55,072 bases of DNA from Bacteroidales bacterium (GCA_007120695.1 SKND01000199.1:1-55072); one strand, 5' to 3'; shown: positions 1-10,090, counted from the stretch's first letter. Notes: generated by a model not told the origin, from the letters alone. Numbers and translations: made by a program.

Positions 1-1458
1 AAGTCAGCAGAGGTATATGATCACAGGGAAAAGGTTGAGATGGAGTTTGAGCTGACCGATAATAATGGCAATCCGCTGAAGGGGGACTTCTCGGTGTCGG
101 TAACCGACAGCTACGTGGTGCCCTCCCATCATCACCGGCACAACATCGAGACATGGCTTCTGCTCAGCTCAGATATTCCCGGAACAATAGAGAACCCGGG
201 GTACTTCTTTGATCCGGGCAACGCCGGCAGGCACCAGCTTCTTGACCTGCTGATGACAACCAACGGCTGGCGGCGCTTCAGGTGGGATGACCTTATCGCC
301 GGGCGCTATGCCTATTTAAAGTATCCGGCGGGAACAGGCCATATTATTGACGGAAGGGTTTCCCTGATAAACCAGCATGATGTCCCGGTAAGGGCAAAGG
401 TCATGCTCTCTGCACTGGGCGATGAGTTCTTTGCCTCGAGCCAGGTGACAGGTGATGACGGCAGGTTCCTGTTTGACAGCATTGAGCTCTATGACACCAC
501 CGTTCTTGTGCTGCAGGGAAGCTTTTACCGTGAGCGCAGGGCACAGCGCAGAGAGAGGCGGGGCGTGGATGACACTTTCACTCCCGGGAGCGAAAACTGG
601 GTTGCCCTTCATATTGAAGAGCCGGAAATTGTCCAGCACGAAGTTGACATTGCAGCGGCAACCGCGGCAGAGGAGGTACTGAGGGCCTATATTGAGGATT
701 CGATGAAGGATCCCCTCCTTTCACACCTTGAAGATATATGGCACCTTGAGATAGAGGAGGTAGAGATAAGAAGGCGCAGGCCAAGGGTGCGCACCACCTT
801 TGACAGGGCCATTCACGGTACCCCATTCAGGATGATGGACAGAATAATTCCGGATGAATACCCTTTTACCCACACCTATCACAATCCATGGGAACTAATG
901 AGGGCTTTACGTCCTGCTATTTTCACCGATACGGGCCCACGCTCATCAGGACCACCGACTTCATTGTTTAATCCCAAGGGCATAGGGATATTTTTAAATG
1001 GTATGAAAATCGACCACCCAGAAATAATAACAACCCTGCCTATTGAGACAATATCATTTATCGATATTCTCAGGGAACCACAAACTCTGATCTATGGAAG
1101 AGGACTATATATGGTAGTTGCTGTTTTTACTAAAACCATAGAAGACTACCGTGATGCAGATACAAGTCCCCCCGGACTTTTAAGCTTTGAGTTCCCGGGC
1201 TATTACCGGGCCAGGGAGTTTTACTCGCCAATGTACGACAGACCGGGGCCGCACCATGGCCAACCGGACTACCGCACCACCCTTTTCTGGGAGCCTGAAG
1301 TCAAACCCGGAGAAGACGGCAGGGCAAAGGTCTCTTTCTTTACATCAGACAAGGCATCGGTATACCGCATCATTATCGAGGGCATGACGCAAACAGGTAT
1401 TCCGGTTATAAAAATAAAAGAGTTGTGGGTGCAGGCTGCCAAAACATCTGAATCTTGA
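1..1458 (+). CDS. Partial (5'-truncated by window) Bacteroidota MG2-like / TonB-plug-domain-containing large secreted protein
   Basis: The frame is open from base 1 (KSAEVYDHREKVEM...). Family-typical motifs: FSVSVTD, LLLSSDIPGTIENPGYFF, LDLLMTTNGWRRF, a plug-like segment (IFLNG...IETISFIDIL), and a C-terminal GYYRAREFYSPMY...PDYRTTLFWEP...IEG. Confidence 0.75.
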   Translation, partial: KSAEVYDHREKVEMEFELTDNNGNPLKGDFSVSVTDSYVVPSHHHRHNIETWLLLSSDIPGTIENPGYFFDPGNAGRHQLLDLLMTTNGWRRFRWDDLIAGRYAYLKYPAGTGHIIDGRVSLINQHDVPVRAKVMLSALGDEFFASSQVTGDDGRFLFDSIELYDTTVLVLQGSFYRERRAQRRERRGVDDTFTPGSENWVALHIEEPEIVQHEVDIAAATAAEEVLRAYIEDSMKDPLLSHLEDIWHLEIEEVEIRRRRPRVRTTFDRAIHGTPFRMMDRIIPDEYPFTHTYHNPWELMRALRPAIFTDTGPRSSGPPTSLFNPKGIGIFLNGMKIDHPEIITTLPIETISFIDILREPQTLIYGRGLYMVVAVFTKTIEDYRDADTSPPGLLSFEFPGYYRAREFYSPMYDRPGPHHGQPDYRTTLFWEPEVKPGEDGRAKVSFFTSDKASVYRIIIEGMTQTGIPVIKIKELWVQAAKTSES

Positions 1459-1699
1459 TATTCAACTTTTTGTCATAGATAAGATGGGACATCAAAACCT
1501 GGAATATATTACCCTGATTTTATGCGGCAGGTGCTGGTATTTCAATTCCGGTTTTCAATATTTCAAAGACAACATGATTTGATATTACAAAATCATCTTC
1601 GCTGGATGGGTGGGGCTCAATTAAAAGATCCTCATCTGTAAACATTTTCCTTACGACATAAAATTATTGGATTCTGTGACGGCGTGTTTCAGTTTATGT

Positions 1700-3043
1700 T
1701 TAATTAATGCGGAATGCCCTGTACCAGAAAATTCCGTCGGGATCGGACCCGACGAAAAACTCGGTTTTATTTCCGTTTCCGTCAATATCGTCAAAAATTA
1801 TCTGATCATCGGGCTTGAGGAACGGGTCACTCGCCTTCAATACATACCGCTTTAGTGATTCATTATAGGCATAAATTCTTATGGTATTTCCGGATCTCTC
1901 TCCCGAAACTATTTCCGACCTTCCGTTTTTGTTGATGTCAAATGCGTAAGTCCCCCACCAGTTATGTTGGTTCTCAATGACAGTCCTTTGCCATTCATTG
2001 CTATGGTCATATATGTAAAGCCCGGTATGTTCCGAGTCGTGACAGGCTCCTGCAACCAGATCCCTTTCGTCTCCGTTACCTGTAAGGTCACCTGACGAAA
2101 CCTGTAATACGGGAAATGATTTATCGACGGCCTCTTTAATCCAATTATCCCTGGGGTTGGCTGGTTGTTTTAAAATATAGATACCCCCGTTTACCGCTCC
2201 CGGGTTTCTCCCCCTGATCTCTCTTACGCTCACTGCGATATCTCCGGTGCCGTGGCCGCCCCAGTCCCTGGGTGAGTTGTAATCAATCCACCATGCTCCT
2301 TCGATCTGCAGTATCTCATGTTTTTCCCAGTTGTCCGGATCCAGAAGATTTTCGCCCTTGTTTTCCATCCAGTAAAAACCTCCGTCTCCCTGGCTTGATC
2401 CTTCGTAGGCATAGATAAAATCAGGATTACCATTTCCGGTTATATCCATAATTATCCCCTGCTGCACAAAACTTGCATCCGGATCAAGAGTCAATGTCAG
2501 CCACTCACCCTTTGGATCATCAGTTGCCTGTTGGGCAATATCCACCCTGTTCCCTCTCTGATCAAGTATAATAATCTCTATTTGCCCGTTACCATTGAAA
2601 TCCCCTGCAATTGTACCCTCTACTTCCCGGTAACCTTTTGCGATCAAATGCTTTTGCCATCTACCACCGGAGAGTTTTTCATACCAGTATACTTCACCGC
2701 CGTTCCCTGTTCCTACAATAAGGTTATTGGTTCCGTCTCCATTGATATCTGCAAGGGACTGCCCGTCCCCTTCAGTTATGCCGGTGTCAATGATATGCTT
2801 TTCAAGGGTGAAGATGCCGTTAAGTTCACTAGCAAGAAAAGATTCTGATTCAGAAGAGTCCTGCAAAGATCTTAATGGTACTGTGTAGTTACAAGTTGGA
2901 TAGTGATGAACCGTATTATCGGCTTGTCGATATGAACCAATAGTTACAGGTTGATGAAAATCTAAAGAAATAAACAAAACTGCCACCAGTATGAATCGGG
3001 ATATTTTGGATTTAGTATTCAATCTATTAATTGATAAATTCAT
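1700..3043 (-). CDS. FG-GAP/VCBS repeat (beta-propeller) secreted protein
   Basis: Repeated DxxGxGxxD/E-type motifs (DINGDGTNNLIVG, DFNGNGQIEII, DITGNGNPDFI, DLTGNGDERDLV, DINKNGRSEIV, DIDGNG), each followed by W/Y-E-x-W strands. N-terminal hydrophobic stretch. ATG 3043 is preferred over TTG 3067, but the start is uncertain. Confidence 0.75.
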   Translation of the reverse strand: MNLSINRLNTKSKISRFILVAVLFISLDFHQPVTIGSYRQADNTVHHYPTCNYTVPLRSLQDSSESESFLASELNGIFTLEKHIIDTGITEGDGQSLADINGDGTNNLIVGTGNGGEVYWYEKLSGGRWQKHLIAKGYREVEGTIAGDFNGNGQIEIIILDQRGNRVDIAQQATDDPKGEWLTLTLDPDASFVQQGIIMDITGNGNPDFIYAYEGSSQGDGGFYWMENKGENLLDPDNWEKHEILQIEGAWWIDYNSPRDWGGHGTGDIAVSVREIRGRNPGAVNGGIYILKQPANPRDNWIKEAVDKSFPVLQVSSGDLTGNGDERDLVAGACHDSEHTGLYIYDHSNEWQRTVIENQHNWWGTYAFDINKNGRSEIVSGERSGNTIRIYAYNESLKRYVLKASDPFLKPDDQIIFDDIDGNGNKTEFFVGSDPDGIFWYRAFRIN

Positions 3044-3118
3044 AACATCGTTTACACTAACAAACAAAGCTATTATATAATAATGATTAAAACAACTTCT
3101 TCTTATTGGATTGCAGCA

Positions 3119-3303
3119 AAGAAACGCAAATTCAACCTACGGAAGTACATGGGCAAAGTTCAATTTCAGCCTGTGAATCCATTGCAATATCAGAAAAAAA
3201 ATCAGGGATGAGTGTGAATAATCTTTTAGTCGATACGAATACCCTTATCATACCGCTAATAATTTACAATGAATTACTTGACTATGGCTTCTTAATGTGC
3301 TAA
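3119..3303 (+). pseudogene. Decayed type II toxin-antitoxin remnant (antitoxin C-terminus plus truncated PIN toxin N-terminus)
   Basis: 3119-3199 reads KKRKFNLRKYMGKVQFQPVNPLQYQKK. Removing one A from the A8 run (3194-3201) continues it as IRDECE*, which resembles the xPLxxQKxxRDEW ending of PIN-associated antitoxins. An overlapping ATG at 3208 gives MSVNNLLVDTN, the first PIN strand, but it stops after 31 aa. Confidence 0.55.
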
Positions 3304-3566
3304 ATTGCCTTAATATTAAGTATTCCAATTTACACGAAATCAGGAGAAGATCTGTTATCTTCCTGATAGACTACTGAGGCCTCCAGGCCTTCTCACCCTG
3401 CAACCTGCAAAGGACAGGTTTTAGTTATAGTTGCTATCCAAAGCTGAAAATAGGCTCTCGTATTCTCAGGTTATTGTTCCTCTTTTAACTGCTTTAAGCT
3501 GATGTAAAATTCAGGATTATGAGTATACTGAAGGTATATGATATCCAGTAATTAATAAAGTTGGTT

Positions 3567-4203
3567 ATGGGACGAAATTATGATATTTACAACTGCCACA
3601 TCCATACTTTTCAAAAGGAAGATGTGCCTGTGGGGTTTTTACCCTTTGGTCTGGTCAAAGTTATCTCAACAAAAGTCGGTTTTGGCACATTGCGGGCCCC
3701 AGTCACCAACGCACTATCGCGCATCGAAGAAGAGAATACGAAAAATGCTGGATGATGCCAACATCTCATATGACAAGAAAATGAATGAAAAGGAGCTTTG
3801 CGCCCAGTTTGGCCATCCACAGCATTATATTCCAATTTTAAATAAATATCCCGGTATGAATGTCTGTTTTGGACATTGGGGTTCGGAAATTTCCTGGAAA
3901 GAATATATTGAGAATCCCCAGAATAAGAGCAACTGGTTTTACATAATCAAAGAGATGTTACGAAATCACCCTAATCTCTATACAGATATTTCATTTACAT
4001 TGAATGATCAGGAGTTCTTTTCGGTATTAAAGGTATATCTGAGCGATCCTAAAATCCTCGGAAAAGTATTATTTGGATCAGATTATTACATGGTTGAAAC
4101 AAAATCGACTGAGAAGAAATTTGGATTTGACCTCAGAGCATATCTTGGTGAAGATTTTTACAAAACAATTGCAAATCAAAATCCGGTAAAATATTTAAAC
4201 TGA
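3567..4203 (+). pseudogene. Amidohydrolase_2 family gene with an internal deletion and frameshift
   Basis: One frame from ATG 3567 gives MGRNYDIYNCHIHTF (metal-binding HxH). A different frame from about 3680 gives VLAHC...FGHWG...YTDISF...VLFGSDYY to the stop at 4203. The central barrel part, including the usual GxKxYP strand, is absent. Confidence 0.75.
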
Positions 4204-4300
4204 GATCATTCATAGGTGCATTGTATCTTTTACAGCAAAATGTAAGACTATATCTATGAACGGGTGTTCTATGTGACCTTGGATTTTAAAATATGAAGAT

Positions 4301-7300
4301 ATGAAACCTAAAAATCTCTTCAGTGCCAGGATAGTTCCGTTTCTGATTATAATTCTGGCTACAGTACTGCTATATTCCTTCTATTTTCTCTATTATATCC
4401 CAAAGCAGGAATCACAGGTCGAACAGCGTGCTTTCCGTATTATGAAGGAATTTGCCAAAAACATGCATGATAAACTTGACTATTATGATGCCCACTTTAA
4501 GAATTACAGCTTTTTCTATGCGATTGAACATCTTGTGGATGATGAAACTCCTCAACTTGAGGATTCTGTTAAACTTGAAATCAAGAAAAAAATAGCAGAC
4601 AATAAACAGGCAAAGAAATTAATTGAAAACCTCAACAAATCTATTAATACAGATATAGTTACAGTTACAAAAAATGACAAAGAAAGGAAACTTGAAGTAC
4701 ATGAAGAGATTTCTCAATTCAGGTTTATATCCAACATCGACTCGGTAAGTTATGATAAAGGGTTAAAAGAACTGAAGCTTAGTAAAGACACAATAGCCAT
4801 TATACTCAAATCCCTGAAAGTTGACACAATCAGAATTGCGAGTTCCAGGCAAATGCATGTAGTTGACTATGTTAAAATTCCGATTACTATGAAAAACCTG
4901 GGCGTTGACTCAGCAAAAATTGCAGATGCTCTGAAAAGCTTATTCGTTGACTCAGCAAAAATTGCAGATGCTCCGCAAAGCTTAGACGCTGATTCAGTCA
5001 AAACCACGAACAATCCAGATAACACTGAAACCAAATATTCCTCAGCTGTCCATTATGTTCCGATGACAACCTTCATGGAACATCTGAAATTTGATAAGTT
5101 GCTTAATAATATTGTTTTATTTTGTGACACGTCCATTATCTACAATAGCAGTCCCGAGGTTATTCAGGACATTACAAATCCCGGAATGCTAGCAGACACC
5201 GTCAAGAAAATGCAGGGAGGATTGATCCAGAAGATCAATATCCGTGGTGAAACTAACCATGTAATGGTCCTCCCAATTGATTTTCTAGGCAACCGGCTTT
5301 ACCTTGCAGGCTTCATTACAGAAACTGGTTTCCGGCAAAAAACACGGCATATCAACAGCCAGTTCCTCATCATCCTGGGAGGGATTTTTTTACTGTTGTT
5401 ATTCAGCATGCCCATCCTGAAAATTTTTCTCATCAGCAGAAATGAGCCACTGCATTCGCGCGACTGCACAGCAGGTACCTTTTCTTTGATTATTGTTGCG
5501 GGGTTCTCAATACTGATCGTTGTGAGTGTAATGAAGCATTATGTTGTTGACAAGCACTACCTTCAGGAAAGGATTGAGAATATTTCAAACACATTATACA
5601 ATAATGTTATATGTGATTTTAATTTAATAAAAGACCTGTACCAGGGTATAATTGAGCATGAAAATACTTCGAAAGATTCAATTGAACCTCTAGACACCCT
5701 TATAAAGACTGTTAATGCTGCATTTACTGGCAGCAATAATAATTTCCGGGATATTCCGGTAGATTACCAAAAGAAGGGGTTGCCATTGAATGAGATTTTC
5801 CTGATTGACTCAATCGGAGAAATAAGTAAGGCTGTTACCAGCACCGGTTTGTCCGGCCTGGTACCGTCCAATCTGGAGAAAAGACGATATTACAGTTATC
5901 TCAAGGACAACAGCGGCAAAAGCTGGACATACAAAAATAGTTATGACACAATCCAGAAATATTATATCGAATCCCTGAAGTCTTACAATTCAGGAAAAAA
6001 GGAAGTAGCCTTCTCGTTCAGATTATCAGAAAAGGCCTCCAAAAATTTTGGAACAAAAATACTAGCTATTACATCGCCACTTCCATCGCTTTACTCACAA
6101 ATATTGCCAGAGGATATGATTTTTATGATCATCAACGATAATGGCGATGTGCTTTTCCACTCCAACAAATCAAAAAACCTGCACGAGAATTTTCTTGCCG
6201 AATGTAGTGAAAATAAGTACCTGGAGGGGCTGTTGAAACACAGGGTAACAGATATCACACGTATTGTATATAACGAAAAACAATGGCTTGCAAGGGTTTA
6301 TCCTATAGAGGATGCACCTCTGTTCCATATCACCCTGATCGATCTTCAACACACGTATAACAAAAACGCACGCATTCTAATTTACACCTTTTATTTTATG
6401 CTTGCAACCTTTATCCTGATCCTGATCGGAACAGGTATTATACAATTGAGTAACCCGGACATAAGCAAATCCTTATCAAAACAATGGCTTTTCTACTGGT
6501 TGCAGTTCAGCGAAGAAAACAGGGAGTCCTATCTTCAACTGCTTGTTATACAGACAGCTATACTCCTTTGCCAGATAGCAGGCATTCTTATCAGTGATAA
6601 ACCGGTGACGATGTTTATTTACCAAATGTTTTTTATCGTCATTTCTGTTTATTTTGCAATGTCCATCCTTAAGTATGATCAAAACGGAAAGGCAGAAAAA
6701 AGGTCCACGACTCCTGCCCTGCCTCAGATTATTCTTATTCTGATCATGCTTATATTGACAGGAGTATTAATATATCTTAATCAAAAACCAATTCTAGCGC
6801 TGCCGTTTGCATTATTAATAGTTTTGGTATTACTAACTGGAAGATTGAAAAGGATTGATAAGACTCTTTCTCAAGGCTATTCCACAAAAACCATATTTCA
6901 TATTTATGTGTTTACCTGGCTGATTTGTATCTCAGCCATACCGGCTCTTCAGTATTATCAATCAGCGAAGGAGCAGGAAGAAGATTTGTGGAAGCGACAC
7001 AAACTGGAGTACATAGCAATGAAGAACCTGAACATGGTGCATGAATACAAAGAAGGGATGGAGAATGAGAAATGGTACAAACGAATTACAGGGGATACAC
7101 TGGATTACCTTAAAATCTCTTACAAAACAGATAAAGAAAACTGCAAACTTAGAACGTATAAGGGAGAAGCATGTGAACTATCTCCTGCCGACAGATTCTA
7201 TTCAAGGTTACCTGATCCTTTAACAAAAGGTAATCACCTGACCGGACTACTCAACAACAGAAGCACACATACGGAATGGTGGAGAAAATCCGGTAATGAC

Positions 7301-8536
7301 TCAATAATCTGCCTGAGGGTGAATGATAATAAGCTTATATATTCAAAACCAGGTTACGAAAAATATATTTCGGTAGAGCAAACCAGAAGCATCAAATTGG
7401 GAGCCGGCAAATGGTTCTTATACTTTACTGTACCCATATTGCTTGTCATTGCATTGCTTTGGTACCTGTTCCGGTACGTATCACGATTTGTTTTAAGAAC
7501 CGTTACGGTGGACTGGAAGGAACCAGCGGTGCCAGGCTGGGAAAATGTCATCGGCAACGACAACATAAAACAGATTTTACTTTGTAGTTTAACCGGAGAG
7601 CAATATCTCGAAGAAACACGTAACCATATAAAAGAGAAATCAAGGTCAGTTAAGAACCATAAAAAACCGGAGCTTCTCGTCGCGGGCATTAAGGAGATCA
7701 TTGAAGAAATGAAAAAGCCCGGTTATCAATATGTTGATATCATTTGGATTAAAGGTATTGGCAAATTAATTAAAGACCCGGAAGCTTTCGTGAATCAGCT
7801 TCCTGATCTGTATCAATTGACCAGTGACAACAAGGCAAAGATGATAATAGAAATTCCGTTCGGCCTCGATTATTTGAGAGAATATTATGAGAGCCTCCTG
7901 AAAGAAAGTACCTTGGAAAAAGGAGAAAAAGCACTGATTGAATCAACAATTTGCAAAATAGATGAGTTATTCAGTAGCTTTTACATCTATACTGGTAAAT
8001 TTATTCCGGAAGAGACTGATGCTGTATCGTCTTCAACGGATAGTAACCAAACCGGAAATACCCGGGAAGATGATGAAAGGCAACAAGCAAGTTATTATGC
8101 CTTCAAATCAAGGTACAGGCACATATGGAATAACCTGACCAGCCTGGAAAAGCTGACTCTAACAGATTTGTCGGCTGATGGTATGATAAATTTTAAAAAC
8201 AAGCACTCGATTGATCAGTTAAGAATAAAAGGATTAATCGAACTTACACCCGACCCTGCTATTACCTGTAATAATTTTCAGCGTTTCCTGACAAACGATA
8301 TTGATCGGGAAGAAACTAAAAAAATACAGGATAACCTGGGTAAGCAGGGTAAGTGGCATAATAACCGTTATCTTATCCTGCTGGCAATTATTCCTTTAAT
8401 TATCTTCATTTTTATTTCCCAGGGCACTTCTATTGACAGGGTTTTTGCTATTAGCACAGGCGGATTGGCGGTGTTGGCCGGAATAATGAGGTTGTTCGAC
8501 ACCAACATTTTCAGCCAATTTCCCGGTACAGATTAG
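4301..8536 (+). CDS. 1411-aa multi-pass membrane protein with Cache-like extracytoplasmic domains and a C-terminal wHTH-like cytoplasmic segment
   Basis: Long ORF with many hydrophobic helices. Cache-like FMIINDNGDVLFHS...NLHENFL motif. C-terminal YRHIWNNLTSLEKLTLTDLSADGMIN...LRIKGLI segment followed by two TM helices. Confidence 0.65.
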   Translation: MKPKNLFSARIVPFLIIILATVLLYSFYFLYYIPKQESQVEQRAFRIMKEFAKNMHDKLDYYDAHFKNYSFFYAIEHLVDDETPQLEDSVKLEIKKKIADNKQAKKLIENLNKSINTDIVTVTKNDKERKLEVHEEISQFRFISNIDSVSYDKGLKELKLSKDTIAIILKSLKVDTIRIASSRQMHVVDYVKIPITMKNLGVDSAKIADALKSLFVDSAKIADAPQSLDADSVKTTNNPDNTETKYSSAVHYVPMTTFMEHLKFDKLLNNIVLFCDTSIIYNSSPEVIQDITNPGMLADTVKKMQGGLIQKINIRGETNHVMVLPIDFLGNRLYLAGFITETGFRQKTRHINSQFLIILGGIFLLLLFSMPILKIFLISRNEPLHSRDCTAGTFSLIIVAGFSILIVVSVMKHYVVDKHYLQERIENISNTLYNNVICDFNLIKDLYQGIIEHENTSKDSIEPLDTLIKTVNAAFTGSNNNFRDIPVDYQKKGLPLNEIFLIDSIGEISKAVTSTGLSGLVPSNLEKRRYYSYLKDNSGKSWTYKNSYDTIQKYYIESLKSYNSGKKEVAFSFRLSEKASKNFGTKILAITSPLPSLYSQILPEDMIFMIINDNGDVLFHSNKSKNLHENFLAECSENKYLEGLLKHRVTDITRIVYNEKQWLARVYPIEDAPLFHITLIDLQHTYNKNARILIYTFYFMLATFILILIGTGIIQLSNPDISKSLSKQWLFYWLQFSEENRESYLQLLVIQTAILLCQIAGILISDKPVTMFIYQMFFIVISVYFAMSILKYDQNGKAEKRSTTPALPQIILILIMLILTGVLIYLNQKPILALPFALLIVLVLLTGRLKRIDKTLSQGYSTKTIFHIYVFTWLICISAIPALQYYQSAKEQEEDLWKRHKLEYIAMKNLNMVHEYKEGMENEKWYKRITGDTLDYLKISYKTDKENCKLRTYKGEACELSPADRFYSRLPDPLTKGNHLTGLLNNRSTHTEWWRKSGNDSIICLRVNDNKLIYSKPGYEKYISVEQTRSIKLGAGKWFLYFTVPILLVIALLWYLFRYVSRFVLRTVTVDWKEPAVPGWENVIGNDNIKQILLCSLTGEQYLEETRNHIKEKSRSVKNHKKPELLVAGIKEIIEEMKKPGYQYVDIIWIKGIGKLIKDPEAFVNQLPDLYQLTSDNKAKMIIEIPFGLDYLREYYESLLKESTLEKGEKALIESTICKIDELFSSFYIYTGKFIPEETDAVSSSTDSNQTGNTREDDERQQASYYAFKSRYRHIWNNLTSLEKLTLTDLSADGMINFKNKHSIDQLRIKGLIELTPDPAITCNNFQRFLTNDIDREETKKIQDNLGKQGKWHNNRYLILLAIIPLIIFIFISQGTSIDRVFAISTGGLAVLAGIMRLFDTNIFSQFPGTD
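4819..5005 (+). repeat. In-frame 42-bp (14-aa) tandem repeat, about 5 degenerate copies
   Basis: cgttgactcagcaaaaattgcagatgctc is identical at 4903 and 4945. Degenerate copies start at 4819, 4861 and 4987 (VDTIRIA / VDYVKIP / VDSAKIA / VDSAKIA / ADSVKT). Confidence 0.85.
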
Positions 8537-8894
8537 TTTTCTGTATGTTCCTGCATTGGTAATGTCCATCCCACCTCATAAAAGATACACTTCTTTCCAA
8601 CTCCTCGTATTCGTTAGAAAAGCAGGTCCGCCAGATCTCTTTATGTCTGATAATATGTAAGGATTAGACCATTTCTCCGACAAATCAGTTTTAAGCGCAA
8701 TTAGTACATGTAAATAATCTTGTGAAGACTCATTCATCGGAATATAAATTATTGCTTATGAATCTCACATGTGTTATTATGATCTTTTAGCAATACAAGT
8801 CAGATGTGACATTCATCCATTTGAAACACTGAACACGAATTACATGCTAAACATAATTAATTGAATATTAACTTGATTAACCTGATTTGTACGG

Positions 8895-9986
8895 ATGAAA
8901 AAGCAGGATATATTTTTGATGACGGTGCTGTATATGATAATGTTTATTTTCATATCGTGCAGTGAAGTTGACAGGCCTTTCTTAGCTGATAATGTTAACG
9001 GACAGCGGGACAATTCCGATAATGGTGAGTGGCTTGTTCCGGATGATGAGGTGTTTGATGGAGGCCCCGGAAAAGATGGTATTCCCGCAATTAGCAATCC
9101 CGAGTTTACGGGACCAGGAGAGGCTCAATATCTTACCGATAATGATCTTGTACTCGGATTGGTTAAGGATGGCGTAGTACGCGCTTATCCTCATAATATT
9201 CTGGATCGGCACGAGATAGTAAATGACTCATTTGATGACCTGGTAATTGCAGTAATTTATTGCCCGCTGACCGGAACAGGTACAGGTTGGAACCGAAGAG
9301 TAATGGGGAGCATCACTACATTTGGAGTGTCAGGACTTCTGTATAATTCAAATGTTATACCTTACGACCGGGAGACTGACAGCAACTGGTCACAAATTTT
9401 GCTCAAGGCAGTAAACGGGCCACTTAAGGGCACAAAAGCGGAGACCTTTAATCTTTTCGAGACAAGCTGGACCACGTGGAAAAGCATGTACCCCGAAACC
9501 CTTGTTCTATCGGAAAATACCGGCTACAAAAGGAATTACAAACTATCCCCATATGGCGATTATAAAACAAATAGCGCAATCTTGTTTCCGGTCAATAATT
9601 ACGATGACAGGTTGTACGGAAAAGAAAGAGTGCTTGGCGTGTTAGTGGATGATAAAGCAAAAGCCTACAGCTTCGAAAAATTTGGTACGTCAATATCATT
9701 GGTCCATGATACCCACAATGGTAAAGATCTGGTTATTGCCGGAAGCCAGGAGAAAAACTTCATTGTTGCATTCAGACGGGATGCCAGGAGTGGCCGGACA
9801 CTTCAGTTTAATGCTGTCGAAAACAGCTTGCCGGTCATTATGCAGGATAATGAAGGCACATTATATGATGTATTCGGACAGGCAGTTGAAGGACCGGGTA
9901 AGGGGCTTCATCTGCGTACCGTTACTCAGTTTATGGGTTATTGGTTTGCCTGGGCCGCCTTTTATCCTGAAATAGAGATATATTGA
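8895..9986 (+). CDS. DUF3179 domain-containing lipoprotein
   Basis: Lipobox FISC. Motifs GGPGKDGIPAI, AYPHNILDRHEIVND, YCPLTG, FGVSGLLYNSN, YDRETDSNWSQ, and C-terminal YWFAWAAFYP. Confidence 0.85.
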   Translation: MKKQDIFLMTVLYMIMFIFISCSEVDRPFLADNVNGQRDNSDNGEWLVPDDEVFDGGPGKDGIPAISNPEFTGPGEAQYLTDNDLVLGLVKDGVVRAYPHNILDRHEIVNDSFDDLVIAVIYCPLTGTGTGWNRRVMGSITTFGVSGLLYNSNVIPYDRETDSNWSQILLKAVNGPLKGTKAETFNLFETSWTTWKSMYPETLVLSENTGYKRNYKLSPYGDYKTNSAILFPVNNYDDRLYGKERVLGVLVDDKAKAYSFEKFGTSISLVHDTHNGKDLVIAGSQEKNFIVAFRRDARSGRTLQFNAVENSLPVIMQDNEGTLYDVFGQAVEGPGKGLHLRTVTQFMGYWFAWAAFYPEIEIY

Positions 9987-10029
9987 TTTCCTACTTTACC
10001 GGCATATTAAGACCGTTTGCCGATTTTTT

Positions 10030-10061
10030 TTTGCGGTTGGGGTACAGATGGCATACATTTG
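10030..10061 (+). promoter_or_regulatory. Bacteroidota housekeeping promoter (-33 TTTG / -7 TACATTTG)
   Basis: TTTG at 10030-10033, a 20-nt spacer, then TACATTTG at 10054-10061, about 30 nt upstream of ATG 10091. Confidence 0.65.
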
Positions 10062-10090
10062 TCATGTATTAATTAAAAACTCAATTCAAA

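Noticed and set aside
1460-1660. Short minus-strand ORF (about 41 aa, MFTDEDLLIEPHPSS...) after the FG-GAP gene
   Set aside because: No recognisable motif or supporting signals, so it cannot be distinguished from chance.
8537-8890. Possible transposase or other gene remnant downstream of the giant membrane protein
   Set aside because: The frames I translated by hand gave no convincing motif, and I saw no terminal inverted repeats.
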